Assembly: GCA_043228905.1 (NCBI GenBank)
Contig: JBHGNT010000007.1
Location: 19,654,001 to 19,718,000, forward strand
Length of the DNA: 64,000 nucleotides
Source of the DNA: Azolla caroliniana
Taxonomy: Eukaryota > Plantae > Polypodiophyta
Direction of reading: 5' to 3'
Shown: piece after piece, positions 38,101 through 51,200 of the stretch
Layout: each line of letters starts with the position of its first letter
Numbering within the stretch: the stretch's first letter is position 1
The notes under the pieces: generated by a model
What the model saw: only the letters and a program-made list of their open reading frames with translations
Databases searched by the model: none
What the model was told of the DNA's origin: nothing
Made by a program: the position numbers and the translations under genes

Positions 38101-38400
38101 ATTACCTTGCCTTACCCCGTAACGTTGGCATTCATCTTGTTTTTCACGTCAGTCGTCTAAAACCATTTTTAGGCTCTGGTGATAACACCATCACAATCCA
38201 AGATCTTGTAACATTAGAGGATTTTTCTAACAAACCTCATGTTCCTGAACGAATTCTTGATTCTCGTACTAAACGTTTACGTTCTAAAGAGATTCGGCTA
38301 TTCAAGATCAAATGGATGGATAAACGTATTGATGATGCCACATGGGAACGCGAGCATACTCTTAAGGCACAATTTCCTCACTTTATATTGCAAGAGTGCA
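35146..38400 (+). pseudogene. pol: G2 gag-pol with stops and internal deletions (RT N-terminus removed near 36000)
   Basis: ORF pieces 35146-35493, 35468-36571, 36766-36999, 37225-37713, 37786-38046. Confidence 0.88.
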
Positions 38401-38421
38401 ATCTTTTGAAGTAGGGGAGTA

Positions 38422-38842
38422 TGTTATGTACACATAACATTGGTGAGGGTAGGTCACCAATCTTTACATTAGTGAAGAGTATGTTCACTAATGTTAAAAA
38501 GGGGACTAATGATTGGATAGAAGGAATGATAGGTACATGCACTATCATGATTTGGATAACCAATGAATGGAGAGCCTTTTAGAAAGGCACATCTATTCAA
38601 GGGGCCTAGGAAAAGGTATAAATATGAGGCTTAGCTACCCTCATAATCACATTATGTCGGAAGGTTGTTGTCTTAGACACCGATGGTGCGGCATAGGGTT
38701 TCGTCTCGACGATCGTCGTTGGTACGTTGGCTATGTCTAGATCATAGCTCGGGGGTGGTCAAGTGGAACGGGTTCTTCTATCCATTCTATTTTCCTTCTT
38801 TTACTTTAGTTTGGTCTATTGATTAGTAATAGTCTCTTAACA
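38422..38842 (+). repeat. 3' LTR of G2
   Basis: TGTTA...TAACA ends, follows the PPT, TATAAAT near 38617. Confidence 0.8.
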
Positions 38843-39184
38843 GTCGTATGGCCAATAATGAGCGGCTTTGGAGTGAGCACAAACCTCACAACTCTTGATG
38901 TATTCTTTGACCAACTTCCATGGTTGTGGCCACCAATACCCCCGAGAGATTAGCTCGAGGGTTTTCGCGACCCCAAAATGACCTGCAAGTGGGTCATCGT
39001 GGCATTCCCGCAACACCCGGGTGCGACATGGGCCCTCTGGGACATATAAGAGATGATCTTGGAATAGCAAACCCTCTTGTATGGTGAAGGTGTCAAGATC
39101 CTTCCTTTTGGTAGCCTTGGAGAGGTTTTGCAGACTATCTCGAATCTCGTTGGCGAACGCATCGGTCGTGGATGCATCGGTAAT

Positions 39185-40285
39185 CTATTGGAGTAATGAA
39201 TCATCCTGCAACATAGAAGTGGCAAAAAGATGCAATTGGTCGGGTTTCAGCAAACGTCTAGATTGTTGAGCATAAGCAGCATCCCTAGGGCGGAGTTTAA
39301 GGTCAGCTCGATGAGAAAGGGCATCGGCCTTCCCATGTTGGTCACTAGGTCGAAATACTATCTCAAAATCGTAGTCGGCGAGAAATGTCAACCAACGGGC
39401 CTGCCTTCGATTCAAAGTACGAGTGGTGGAAAAATAAACTAAATTTTTATGATCAGTCACTACCTGGACACAATGTTGTGCGCCGGCCAAGTAGGGTCGC
39501 CATTCTTCAAAGGCAGCAATGATAGCAACAAGCTCCTTGTCATATATGGGATAATTGATTTCAGAGGCCGTGAATTTCCAAGAGTAGTAAGCGACTAGGT
39601 GCATTAGGTTGGTGTCGTCTACCTGGGATAAAATGGCACCAATGGCGAAGTCAGAGGCATCGGTTTCGACTTGGAAGGGTTTTGTGGGGTCAACATGTTG
39701 CAGCACTAGGGCAGTGATGAATGCGTGTTTGAGTGAGTCGAACGCATTTTGTGCCTCCGAGGTCCATAAAAAAGGAGCACCTTTACGAGTGAGGGCGATA
39801 AGAGGTTGTGCTAGGGTGGAAAACCCCTTGATGAAGCGACCGTAAAAATTCGCGAAGCCGAGGACGTATTGCACATCTTTAAGTCTCCTTGGAGTCGCCC
39901 ACGCTCGAATGATAGAGACCTTCATATCCATGGTGATGCTAGTGGGCGAGATGATGTAGCCCAGAAATTCGATCGAGGTACGGTCGAACTCGCATTTCTC
40001 GCCTTTGGCATAAAGGCCATGCTCGCGAAGTTTGGCAAGAACTAATCGAACTTGGCGTGCGTGCTCCTCCATGTTTGGCAAGAAAATGAGAATATCATCA
40101 AGGTAAATGACAACAAAATGATCGAGATATTCCCAGAATATATCGTTCATCACATGTTGAAAAACTGTTGGGGCGTTAGTAAGATCAAAAGGCATTACCT
40201 TGTATTCGAAATGCCCATACCGTGTTGAGAATGCGGTTTTCCATTCATCCTCCGATTTGATGTGTACTAGATTTACACTCCACAC
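39185..40285 (-). pseudogene. pol: T1 RT-RNase H fragment
   Basis: DEWKTAF, YGHFEYKVMPF, YLDDIL, ETDASD, TDHKNL, RRQARW. Confidence 0.9.
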
Positions 40286-40309
40286 TGATCAACTTTGGAG
40301 GAGACACGA

Positions 40310-41458
40310 TGTCGTGAAAAACCCATCACTACGTGCGAATCGTGAGGCGAAACCGCCGGGGTTCTGAACCGGAAGGATTTGAAGTTTGCACTAGCTTTAC
40401 CGAGAAAGGATTTAAGATAGATTGAGAGAGATTGATATGGAGAGAGAGATTGAGATAAAGATTGAACGCTTGACTTTAGATTTGAGAGACAAGATACATT
40501 AGGATAACTTGATTTATTATTATTATTATTATTATTAATTTCTTCCCAATTTCTTCATTAGTCCCATCTTGCTTGACCTGCATTTTTTTATAGATCCCCC
40601 CATGCATATGATGCATGGGAGGGTGTAAGACATGCATGAAATGCATGCAATGCATGTTTGCCATGTCACTCATCCAAACTCTCATGTATGAGATTTTACA
40701 TATACAAAAGTACAATGATAAAAGTATAACTCTAAATTCATGACTTAGCTTAGTGGTGAGTCATGTGGCCCTTATGTAGGAGGTGCAAGGTTCAAATTCT
40801 GTAAACACAAAATTTTACAAGGCTCTAGTCTTATATTTACAAATGTTTAACTACATACCTCCGATGGAACCGTTAGACAATTTTGTTCGTTTCACACCGA
40901 AAAATCTTTAAGACATCGTGCATCGCGATCAACCTATTCAACCGACCCGACCAATCTGTCTGTCCGGGCCCAACCGGTTCGATCCGCATCCGATCCGCAT
41001 TCCGTCCGGTCTAGTCTAGATCCGGTTCCAGTTCCGTCGCCGTCCGTTCCGGTTCTCCAAAACCATTTTAAACAACTTGGCTGCATCCATTCGTCCAAGT
41101 TATACAACCCAACCTTTTTGTGCTTCTAACACATTGATAAAGTATAAAGAGATATGGCTCTAGTTATATACTCTTCAATCCTGATGGTGTCCTATCTATA
41201 CGGGATATGTCATAGTTTTGTTTTCCTTATCTTCTTCTCAAACTTCACACTCACATAATTTGACACTAAGTTATCCATTTCACATATAGTAAAATGCATT
41301 CGAAAGCTCTTGAAGACATCCATCTTTTCGTACCAAGATATTAAACTAATATATAATAATATATTCACTATTATTGTTTCATATTGTGTGTGAAGAACCA
41401 CACTCAATTTTGTACATTCCATGCAATTTTCACACCGTTGTCGAAAATCTTCACGACA
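40310..41458. mobile_element. Solo LTR (G1-related gypsy family) inserted in T1 RT
   Basis: 9-bp terminal inverted repeat TGTCGTGAA/TTCACGACA; flanks ACGA/ACGC (4-bp TSD, one mismatch); removing it restores RAGRVSSKVD. Confidence 0.85.
40741..40810 (+). other. tRNA-like Pol III A-box/B-box module in the solo LTR
   Basis: TAGCTTAGTGG (A box) ... GGAGGTGCAAGGTTCAAATTC (B box). Confidence 0.6.
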
Positions 41459-43644
41459 ACGCCCAGCTCGGAGTTGATCAAGGAGTTCGGGGATCATAGG
41501 TAGTGGATAGCGGTTGCGCACAGTGAGTTTGTGGACACCTCGGTAGTCGACGCATAAGTGTAGAGAGTCGTCCTTCTTCTTCACGAATAAAATGGGGGCC
41601 CCTCAACTCCAGCCTTGGCAAGGCTATACTCTACCATTAAGCTATTTCCGCCAGCGGAACCAGAGCCGAGTGCGGTTCTTCCCCCGTAGAGAAAGCGCTA
41701 TAGCTCTCGGGGGAAGAACCGCAATGAAGACGTCATTGTGGTTCCCTTGGAACTATTGACTTGAGACTTTGATGACTCATCGATAAGTGCTTGTCCTTAA
41801 CGGGATGAAACGAAAATTCTTCTTGAGGTTCTTATCGAGATACACACGAAGGGCCTTTAGCTATGGTGCAGACAATGCCTATAGAGGACCAAAGGGTGGA
41901 CACGCACCTTCTTGAAGATCAAGCGGGCAGTCGTAGCGCCAGTGTTCAGGCAAACAGTATTACATTTTTTAAATACGTCGGAGAAGTGTTGGTATTTGTC
42001 AAGAATAACATGGAGTGTGTTAGAAACGGCGCCACAAACAACCCCATCCTAGACCGATGGTGGGGTAGCCGAGTCGGAATCGACCTTCTCCGAAGGATGG
42101 GAAATTGAATTGACCTTCATAGTTTTGCGCGAGCATCCTGGCTCGCTAAATGTGATCGAACGGTTGCACCAATACACTATTGGATTGTGTGCCTCCAACC
42201 ACATTAGTCTTAAGAAGATCGTATGTCAAGGAGATGCGATGAGATAAAAGGTGAGCTCCTCCTGGTGTGAGCTCACACGAAGCCCTAATGGGATCGTAGC
42301 TTGGGTAATTGCCCTGATGAGAGGAGGCGCCCGTCAATTGCTTCAATGGGAATGGGTTTTGAGAGGCAAATGACTGGTACACCATGTGCATGGGCGAACG
42401 CGACGTCGATGAGGCAAGAAGATGCCCCAGAATCAAGTAAAGCAACAGGCTGAATGGAACTAGAGTTAAACGAAAGTCATACCTCCAATGTGAAATTGCC
42501 TGATGGTCCGGCAATGGAACCAAGAGAATGTGGATGACGGGAGATGTCCAGATGCATGGCTCCTATTGCAACCAAACGATGTCGTTTTCCAAATATTGGG
42601 GTTCGTTAACTCGATGGAATTGTGGGCAATTACTCCTAGGACAATGGAGAACAACATGATCAAAGGCACCACAATACATGCACAAGCCATTAGCCCGCTG
42701 AAATTGTCGTTCGGCATTAGTCAATGGACAAAATCTGGCTTGATCAATTTCCATGGGGACGGGAGCATCTGCCAAAGTAGGGGAGTGTGACGCAGTCGGT
42801 GGGAGGGATACCTGGGGTAGTACGACCGAGGCGTGTCGTGGAAGTGAATGAAGTGGAACCGAAGTCTAGCGCTCTTCCTAGCGAAATTCGAAAAGACGAT
42901 TGTCACAATGGACTGCATGTGAAATCTCTTGGGATAAAGAGGTGGGCTCTGGAAAGTTCAAGAGAAGATTCTTGACATTGCTTCGAAGGCCCTGCCGAAA
43001 GTGATCAACTAAAGCTTGATCATCCCAATTTACGTCGCATGCTAGTTGTTGAAATTCTCAAGCATAGACAGAAGCTGCATGTGAACCTTGTTTGAGTGCA
43101 TATAGTTTGTTAAGGTCTATATGTCGCTGGTCCGTCTCTCCAAATGTGGCCTCTAACTCGGCGAGGAAGGCGGGAAAGTCCTCCAATAGAGGTGACGAAG
43201 TTTCTACCAATGGTGCAAGCCAAGCTTGGGCCGAACCGGAGAGAAGGGTGCCCACAAGGCCAACTTGTCGAAGACCATCTGCATAACATTGAGGTTGTAG
43301 CCAAATGATAAGTCGAATTTGGTTGATGAACCCTTGGAAACGCGACTTCGTTCCTTCAAATTTTTCTAGGAGGCTAACCTTAGGCTTAAGAAAATGCGAA
43401 GAAGCTAGGCGAAATGTTGGTAGAAGATCAGGCTCTAGGCTAGGTTGCGGTGGGAGACTAGGCTTTGGGGGTTGTGAGGATAGGGAGGTACCGACTTGAA
43501 GTTATTGTAAAGAATTTCGAAGAGCTTCATTTTCAAGCTGGAGTTGTTGTAAGGCTACCATTATCTAGCTTAAGTCACTAGCTGAGTCAAACATAGTTAT
43601 GGCTTATGAGAGGAAGTGCTATGGGGATGGCAAGGTGACCAAAC

Positions 43645-43955
43645 TGTCACGGATAAATCATAAGCTCAAGAGACAAGAAAGAAGATAACCAAATGGATGA
43701 GTAGTATTAACTGAAAGACCCCATAACTGGTGTTGTTCACCTTGAATTTCTTCAAGGTGAACTCAACTATTTATACTACACGACATGCATACTTGTTGCA
43801 CACATGTGAATATACAATAGAGCATGTAGGTATGCATGCATGTGCCAATTGTAAATACTACAAGGGAGCAACTATGCACATGATGCTAGCCAAAACTACA
43901 AGGGCCAATTATATATATAACTGTATACTAGAGCCCTGGTTGGGATGGCTTGACA
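43645..43955 (-). repeat. 5' LTR of T1
   Basis: TGTCA/TGACA ends; TATAAATA on the minus strand about 43769-43776; no tRNA-type PBS recognised. Confidence 0.82.
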
Positions 43956-44760
43956 AATGAAGTTCTTAAACGATATTCGAACATTTTAAAGGGGCCCTTA
44001 ACTTTGATGTTTCAACATTCTTGGGATTCTGGTCGTATGCCTCAAGCTTGGAAGGTTGCTCTAATTAAATTAGTTCCAAAGGTAACATCTCCTGAGTCAT
44101 TTCATCAATGGAGACCTATTTCTTTGATAGGGGGGTTGTATAAGATATTTACAAAGGTCTTGGCAAATAGATTACAAAAGTATTTGCCAAAGTTGATACA
44201 TCCTACCAATATATGGTTTTATTGCAGGTAGAAATATATTGCATAATGTGTTGAATGTTCAAAGGGCCATGGATTATGCTAAAACACTCATCAAGAATTG
44301 ATTATGGTGCAATTAGATTTGGAGAAAGCTTATGATCATGTTAATTGGTCCTTTGTTTCTTGGTTAATGCATACAATGGTTTTTGGACCTTGTATGTCTC
44401 GCCTCATATTTTATTAGGACAAGATGCGGTGTCTCGAGTAATGCTTAATGGGGGAGGTACATCAGATATTGCCTTCACAAGATCTGTTCGTCAAGGATGC
44501 CCTCTTAGCCCGTTGTTGTTTGCTATTGTTACTCATACCTTGTTAGTGATGTTATCAAGGCTTGCAACAAATGGTGACATTGTGGGTCTACACCCTCCGT
44601 CTCGAGGGCACCTAGTAGCACAGGCTTTGGCTGATGATTCTTTCATGTTTTTACAAGCCTCACGAGAGAATCTGGAGAAGGGGATGCTTGTATGGAACTA
44701 ATTTGCATTGTCTTGTGGATTACATATTAATTGGAAGAAGTCTAGACTCATATCATGTAA
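43956..44760 (+). pseudogene. L1-clade LINE ORF2 reverse transcriptase fragment
   Basis: WRPISL, YKIFTKVLANRL, LDLEKAYD, SVRQGCPLSPLLFAI, ALADD; frameshifted. Confidence 0.9.
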
Positions 44761-44879
44761 TTGTGTTGACCTTCTATGGATCCTAATGATGAAGACGATT
44801 GATCAACCCAATGAACAAGAAAGAAAAGGACGACTACACTATTAGGTACAAAGGACCAAAAGAATCGCTTAAGTAAAGA

Positions 44880-45046
44880 AATTTGTGTTTAAAGGGTATT
44901 CTGGTTAATAGGGCTTGTAGATTTGAGTGTATAGTTACTTTATAAAGTGTATTTTTTTGGACATATGGGTAGTTTGGTAAATTTGAAACTTAGAGGGGCA
45001 TTCTGGTAAATAGGCGAACTTCCAGGGGTATCCTAGTACTTTTCCC
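44880..45046 (-). mobile_element. Possible single MULE/MITE-like terminal inverted repeat
   Basis: Minus strand begins GGGAAAAGTACTAGGATACCCC with repeated TGGTAAAT-type submotifs; partner end not found. Confidence 0.35.
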
Positions 45047-45767
45047 TTCTTTATATTATTAATGAGTCACCATGATGGTCACATGGCATCCTTAGGTGTC
45101 ACCATGGTGCTCAGTCACTTGTAAGATATAGCCACGATGAACCTCCTGAGATTGGGATGTGTCAATCAACACGCAACCTTTGTGAGTCACCCTACACAAC
45201 ATAAAGTATCTCACAAAGGACCAACTCATTGTCTATGTTGGACTCCTAATAATACAACCACTAGCATGCTCATCAACCATATGCTACCGCACATACAATC
45301 TCCATCCCAACATACAACTATATTGTTCCTATCAATCATCATTGTAACATTAGCAACAACTAACACACATCTTTTTTTCATAAAATAGTGGAGTTATATA
45401 TACACGATTGAAGACTCATATACAATGTCAAATGCCTAATTCCGCATGCATATGAGCACTTTGCACTACCACGTACAACATCCCACTTATATATCTAGGC
45501 GACAAACTTCTGAGATACATCAAAATTGTTTTTTACACCCATCAAATGCTCTCGCGATACCGATGATGATAAAAACCAAGACCCGAAGCAATTTTATGCA
45601 CTACGTGAGCAACAAGATGCATTCGTCGTCAATTCATACGCTTTTCTTTTCGTATCATTTCTGTTGTCCCTTCAGAGGTCAAGCGGGAACATTCGGCGCA
45701 TTCACGAAAAATTGATTAAACAAAACCTCAAGCCGCAATTGGGAGTGTTTCCCTGAGAACATCTAGA

Positions 45768-45930
<163 letters not shown>

Positions 45931-46699
45931 TTCCCTTTCACATTCAATCAATCAAACTCCAATTTTGAATACAAAATGAAGACAGAGAGCTACAAAATAC
46001 AGGGATACAAAAACAAAGCTCTCTCTCCTCTTTGCAGACTCAAACAGGGGATTGACTATTTTCTTTTGCTTCTACGTATATACATGTATTTTGGGCATGT
46101 GTGTAGGTATGTATATACATGCCTTTTGTACATGTATATATACTCTTGGCTATGTACTTGTTTGTATGTTTTTGTGAACTACGTATATATGTCTGCAGAG
46201 GGAAAGCCAAGATCTCTACGAATGATGTCAAACCCAACTCCTCTTCAAGTAGGAGAAAAAGCCACTGATATTCTTGAGCCAATTGTTGTGGTTATTGGTG
46301 ATGTTGGAGTGTTAGCGGGTTAGTTAACTCGGAAGCTTACTAGGAGAAAGATTGGATAAGATTGGGCTAGAGAATGTCTCAATGTCTCCTTTATCTTCAC
46401 TAAGATGATGAATCTATAGGGATGGAGGAGAAAAAAGATCCATCCAAATTTAGACTTCTCTTTTTTTAATGGCCATAAAGGACATCCAAAGTTGAGTGAT
46501 GCTTGTTTAAGCAAACCTTTTGTGATTTCTACATAACAAACTACATTCTACAAGTGCTTGGATTTTCTTTTTTTTGTACACATTGTATAAACATCGGTAA
46601 TTCGTGTTTTCTGCTTTCTTTCTCAGTTGTACGAAAGAATGATATGCCAAATTATTTTGTTTTACTGATTAATTCTAATATTTTGTGCTCATAAATATT

Positions 46700-47220
46700 C
46701 ATGTTATTTAATCCTCCCAGATGGGAAGGGGCATTTACGAGGCTTCAAGTGATGGTGGGGGTAAGGGGATATTTTTCTTGCAGACGGTTTCAAGACTATG
46801 ATGTGGAGGAAGATGGCATTATATGTACATCAACGATTCAACTAGAGATATTTCACTATATTACATTCTCTAAAATAAGGCTCCTTGCTTATGATGGATC
46901 TAAGTGGATCATCGACCCACAAGTCAATGTAGTCAAGGAAGTTTTCGTGGGGTATGGTAGTATGGGCATGTCCAAATGATACGATTATTAGAATTCAAAG
47001 AGAAAGGGTAAGGGTGGTGTACCGAAGTCATATGGAAATTCCTTATATCTTAAAGGAAGTGCAAGAGGAATGGGAGTTGCTATGCACCACCACAATGTGG
47101 TTTATTTGGATTGCTAGGTGTTATATTAATTTTCATGGACCTGTGGAAAGTGTACGGAACGTCTCGATGCATATGGTACATACCTTGAAAGGGTTGTATG
47201 ATGAAATTAAAGGTGAGACA
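46700..47220 (+). pseudogene. Degenerate LINE ORF2 C-terminal fragment
   Basis: WELLCTTTMWFIWIARC resembles the W.IW..RN motif of plant L1 ORF2 tails. Confidence 0.5.
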
Positions 47221-47731
47221 TGTTACTCCCTCCCAGAGAACACCTTCGATTAGCCCTCTTGAGTAATCGGGTCAAGGTATTGTGGTGCGAAGGAGACTCA
47301 GGGTCACGACGTACGACCGAATGTTAATCAGATCGTTATAGAGAATAAGACTGACACTCAGCGGAATTGGCTACAGTCGATTCATTTATACATCCTTACA
47401 CACTCGACCGTTATATAGATATATGTGTATAGAAATGAGACAGACACGAAAGTTACCCACAAAGCATATATATATATATTCGATTACAGGTACAGATACA
47501 AGCATCGATTATAATTGGTAAACACTCCTTCACTCTCTATTAGCCTATCCCTAATCGTAGTCCTCTAGATTTCCCTTCTATCCCCTTTGTGTTCGCTACT
47601 CCCCGATATATATATATATAGCTTCCTTTTGCTTGGTGTTTTCCACTCACTCTTTCCTTGATATTCGGTTGTTAGTGCTCGACTCCTTTTGATATGTTTC
47701 ACACTAGTCACCCTTGTCCCATCGGGTAACA
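47221..47731 (+). mobile_element. Probable 5' LTR of a Tat/Ogre-like gypsy; PBS at 47734-47749, internal region follows
   Basis: TGTTAC...GTAACA ends; followed by TGGCATGCCAGTGGGG, similar to tRNA-Arg PBS TGGCACGCCCAGTGGG; no matching TSD, so not solo. Confidence 0.65.
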
Positions 47732-48210
47732 CCTGGCATGCCAGTGGGGCAGTGCCTTGCACGTTGGACCCACAACCAAAATTGATAAAACTCGAAGGTC
47801 CCAAAAATTGACAAAATCTAAAAATTCTAATATACTGTGAAATGCACATAAGAGATCAAAACTAGTCTAGTTAGTTGAATCTTACTTCTTACTAAATTTA
47901 TAATTGATACAAAGGTACCCATTTGGGTTGGCTTAGCAAAAAGGGTGTGCTAAAAGAGTGGTACAAAGGAACACATGCACACCACATTTCCCCGCTGAGA
48001 GAAACAAGACACTGAGGAGCAGGAACAGGAACAGGAACATGAGCAATGACTTGTCAAAGGAGGGGGACCATCTATTGGAGATAGAGCTCCCATGTGGCAT
48101 TATCCATGTTGGCAGGTTTCGGATGGACATCAATGTGTTAGGAAACAGGTCCTCCAGATGGGAAGTGAGAACAACAGTGTTGATCAGCAAACTCGGCCGA
48201 GGCCGATAGG

Positions 48211-51200
48211 TGTTGGGAGACAGGTCCCTCCGAACCGGATGAGGAGTCCCCGGCTACGGAGAGCCGGATGGTGCAGACCCGGTGAGAACCGGATGAGGTG
48301 TACCCGGCTACGAAGAGCCGGATGGTGCAGACCTGGTGAGAACTAGATGAGGAGTACCCGGCTACGGAGAGCCGGATGGTGCAGACCCGGTCAAGACCGG
48401 ATGAAGAGACATATTCGTAAATATGTTTCTGAGAGTCCATCATGGCTATATTTGTAAATAGCCGAAAAGTCATATTAGTATAAATATGACTTAGGGAAAA
48501 CTTTTTTTTAGTGTTGTTGTCATTATTGTTGGTGTAAGGAGAGAGAGAGAGCGCGTAACTGTGTACAGAGCGAGAGAGAGAAAAAGAGGTCGTTGCCTCT
48601 GTTGTAACCGCCGCCTGTGGCGAGGATCGTGAGCACGAGGTCGTTGCCTCCGTGAACTCACTGTTGTACATTCTAACATAGTGATAGTTTGCAGCCTGTG
48701 GCTGCCGTGGTTTTTTCCTTAGTTTGGGTTTTCCATGTAAACATCCTGCGTACTTGTCTCTTCTTCGTGTCGTTCATTATTTCCCATTTTCTGTGTATGA
48801 TTCTAAGCTCGGTTGTGGCCGAGCTTTGCGTATACGGAGCGTGTTGTTCCTGTCAAGTGGTATCAGAGCGAAACGACACAGAAAATGGACGAATCGTTTG
48901 GCGGCATGTTCAAGCTCACCGGCTCCAACTATTCAGTGTGGAAGTTCTTTGGGTAAAGATCTTTGGTTACCGGTTCAGTTCGGGGACAAGAGACCGGACA
49001 AGATCGACACCACAATATGGGAGGTGATGCACATGAAGACAACGGCGTACATACGGTGCTTCATCGACATGAGCCTATACAACAACTTCAATGAAGAGAG
49101 CAAGGCTCTTGAGCTCTAGGAGAAGATCAGTATTATGTTTCAAAACAAAAATGTTGTTAATCAGGTTTCGGTATTCCGGAAGCTAGTAAGACTCCGGTAC
49201 CAAGATGGCTCCAGCATGGCGGAGCACATGAATGCCTTCCAGGGGCTGATCCACCAGGCAACTTCATTGGAAGTAGCTCTTGCCGATGAGGTACTAGCGC
49301 TACTCCTGCTCGGTTCCCTCCCGGATAGCTGGGAGACGTTGGTTGTCAGTTTGGGCAACGCTGGGCCGGAAGGAAAACGGTTATCCCTAGCAAGAGTAAA
49401 GTCGAGCTTGCTGGATGAGGAGGCACGTCGGAAAGATAAAGATATGAGCTCCGACTCCAAAGCGCTCCTTACCGAATCGGAACGCGGAAGACATAGAAAC
49501 TGTAGTCCCCAGAACCGGGAGAAGTTGGGGACACGGTCAAAGTCAAGGGGAAGGCCTACTTGCTTCTATTGTGGCAAGCCAGGACACTTCCAAAAGAACT
49601 GTCGGGATTTCCGAAAAGACAAGGAAACCGACGGTACCGATTCGAAGCGGACACCGGACCGGAACGGTAAAGACCGGAGGGGGCCGGACCGGAAGGGAAC
49701 AACGGCAATTGCGGCAAGTGAAGAAGAGTTGATGCTCATCATTGAGGAGAGTGAGATAAACCTTGGCGATGACGAGATGACTTGGGTGGTAGACTCCAGA
49801 ACGTCGTTCCACCTTACTCCGGACCAGAAATGCTTCTCATTCTACACAGCCAAAGATCACGGCTGTGTCCGGATGGGGAATGAAGGTACATGCCGAATTG
49901 TCAGCATAGGAGACGTGTGGCTGACAACACCAACCGGATGCAAGTTGCTGTTGAAGGATGTCCGACACATTCCAGAGGTTCATCTGAACCTGATATCAGC
50001 CGGTCGGCTAGATGATGAAGGCTACACGAGTAGCATCTGGAACGGTGTCATGAAGTTCAGCAAAGGGAGCCTGATTGTGGCTCGGGCCTGGAAGGTAAAC
50101 ACGTTATACTTGATGAATGCTCGGTTATGTCCAGAAGAAGTGAACGTAGCATCCGACACTGCCGGTGAGCTGTGGCACAAGAGGTTGTGTCATTAGAGCG
50201 AGAAGGGAATGAAGAGGCTTGCAGACGACAACCTCATTCCAGTGAAGAACGTGCACTTGGAGAAGTGCACTGATTGCCTGGCCGGTAAGCAAAACCGGAC
50301 CTCCTTCCGACCAAGGCCACCGATGAGACGTAATGCACCACTGGAGTTGGTGCATACGAATGTGTGTCAAGTAGGCACGAAGTCACATGCCGGAGCGCAG
50401 TACTTCGTGACATTCATAGATTACCACAGCCGGAAGCTGTGGGCCACACCGTTGAAGACGAAGGATCAGGTGCTATCCATCTTCAAAGATCTCCACGCGA
50501 GAGTGGAAAGAGAAACCGGCCGAAAGCTAAAGGCAGTTCGAGCAGATAACGGAGGAGAATACCGGGGTAGTTCGAGGAGTACTGCCACTCGAAGGAAATC
50601 TGGCTCAAATTTACCGTGTCGAAGACGCCGGAACTAAACGGACTGGCCGAGAGGATGAACCGGACCATAATGGAGAGGGTTCGGAGTATGCTAGCGCATG
50701 CAAAACTACCCAAGAAGTTTTGGGCTGAGGCATTGTCGACGGCGACATATGTGATAAACAGATCACCCTCAGTACCCTTGGACGGAGACACGCCACAGAG
50801 AGTCTGGACCGGTAAGGAAGTGTCCTACCGGCATCTGAAGGTATTCGGGTGTCTCGCGTACGTGCATGTACCTAAGGACCGGAGAGGAAAGTTAGATTCA
50901 AAGACCCGGCCATGCATATTCCTCAGTTACGGTGACGATGAGTTCGCCTACTGAGTCTGGGACCCGGTCGACAAGAAGGTATTCCGGAGTCGAGATATTA
51001 TCTTCATGGAGGACAAGACGCTCGCCGACTGGGAGTCGGAGAAGAAGATAATGAACTCCGAGTCGACCGGTAAGGATCGACTCTACGATCAGCAGATCCA
51101 ACCAGCAAGAGACCGGTTAGCACTCGAGGGACCAGCCGGTTACGGTTAGGATACCGAACAGGCTGAAGAAGTAGAGGAAGCTGAAACCAGAACCGGCCAA

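Larger units (their letters stand above)
35146..38842 (+). mobile_element. Ty3/gypsy chromovirus remnant G2 (5' end missing)
   Basis: CAYCKKRGHTKDTC knuckle, DVILGYPW, FLDDIL, ETDASD, ISMDFI, HPQSDGQT, chromodomain-like PERILDSR...IKW...ATWE; PPT about 38408-38420; 3' LTR 38422-38842. Confidence 0.9.
38843..43955 (-). mobile_element. Tcn1-like gypsy chromovirus T1, degenerate, truncated in integrase
   Basis: LTR 43645-43955 (TGTCA...TGACA); gag with PMEID and CMYCGAFDHVVLHC; RT YLDDIL; RNase H ETDASD; integrase CHDDPLAGHFG..YWWP. Confidence 0.88.

Noticed and set aside
40741-40810. Functional tRNA genes at the three A/B-box modules
   Set aside because: Acceptor and anticodon stems do not pair convincingly; reported only as tRNA-like.
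41603-41760. Hammerhead ribozyme in the hairpin insert
   Set aside because: No CUGANGA/GAAA core in a suitable arrangement on either strand.
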